Source: Asterionella formosa (lineage: Eukaryota). From it: a DNA stretch of 34,345 nucleotides. Within the stretch, counting starts at the first letter, position 1. Every line of letters starts with the position of its first letter. The notes under the pieces are model-generated. The model was not told the origin of the DNA and ran no database searches. It worked only from the letters and a program-made list of their open reading frames with translations. Shown piece after piece: positions 33,924-34,345 of the stretch. Position numbers and translations under genes: made by a program. The DNA is taken from contig NKIB01000233.1 in assembly GCA_002256025.1 (NCBI GenBank), forward strand, positions 1 through 34,345. Direction: 5' to 3'.

Positions 33924-34345
33924 TACCATCAGGCAGTACTTCCATGTGTGTTTGTACAGCCTGTGGTATGGGGTCGATGAGACAGCAACTCCATCTTGAC
34001 CATGACGAAATTATGGGTTTGAATCTCTTCAAGAATATTGACAATGAGCAATTCCTATTTCGCAGGTGTATGTAGACTAACATAGACGAGATTATCGTTT
34101 AATAATAATAAATGTTGCACTTGTATTGACAACAAAAAGTTAAAATCGGCGCTGGAAGTTGTTTTTGGTCGTCATTTGCTCAGTTTTGAAGATACGACCA
34201 AAACGCGACAGCGTTGAGTTGGCGGTGATTAGCTTGATAACTTTGACTAGATAAAGTTTTCTATGTTTTCTAGAAATAGATGAGAAAACCTGAGCGACAG
34301 TATTCTCCTCGGAGAGGGTACAACATTTCAAGATGCAACAAATTC
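33924..34345. repeat. ~430-bp direct repeat, copy 2 (reaches the window end)
   Basis: Aligns with 28641-29067. Confidence 0.92.

Noticed and set aside
33634..34075. Plus-strand ORFs of 121 and 137 aa
   Set aside because: They overlap low-complexity sequence and the direct repeat, and are not protein-like.
28641..34345. Direct repeats as LTRs of a retrotransposon
   Set aside because: No TG...CA ends, PBS, PPT, RT or integrase are seen between them.

Overview
Eukaryotic, AT-rich, transposon-dense window with two assembly gaps (10258-10645, 14854-15247). It is most likely from a diatom or other stramenopile, inferred from CoDi-like copia elements, an MGDG synthase and GT-AG introns. Four apparently intact host genes: a KOW-BRK-KOW protein, a two-exon R3H-domain protein, an MGDG synthase and a 218-aa hypothetical protein. 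A PP2C gene is broken by nested insertions. Mobile DNA: two decayed Ty1/copia elements, a solo LTR with perfect TSD, a Harbinger-type non-autonomous element, three copies of a Kolobok-like end with an internal hairpin, a TA-flanked ~95-bp MITE family and a pogo-like relic. The most notable observations: (1) a Mutator-type transposase whose two halves lie on opposite strands as convergent ORFs, inside a four-ORF unit bounded by ~430-bp direct repeats; (2) a strong excess of TA-CCGG-TA / TA-CCWGG-TA motifs that two paralogous filled/empty site pairs show to be insertions at TA, consistent with excision footprints. All domain calls come from motif recognition by eye; no database searches were run.
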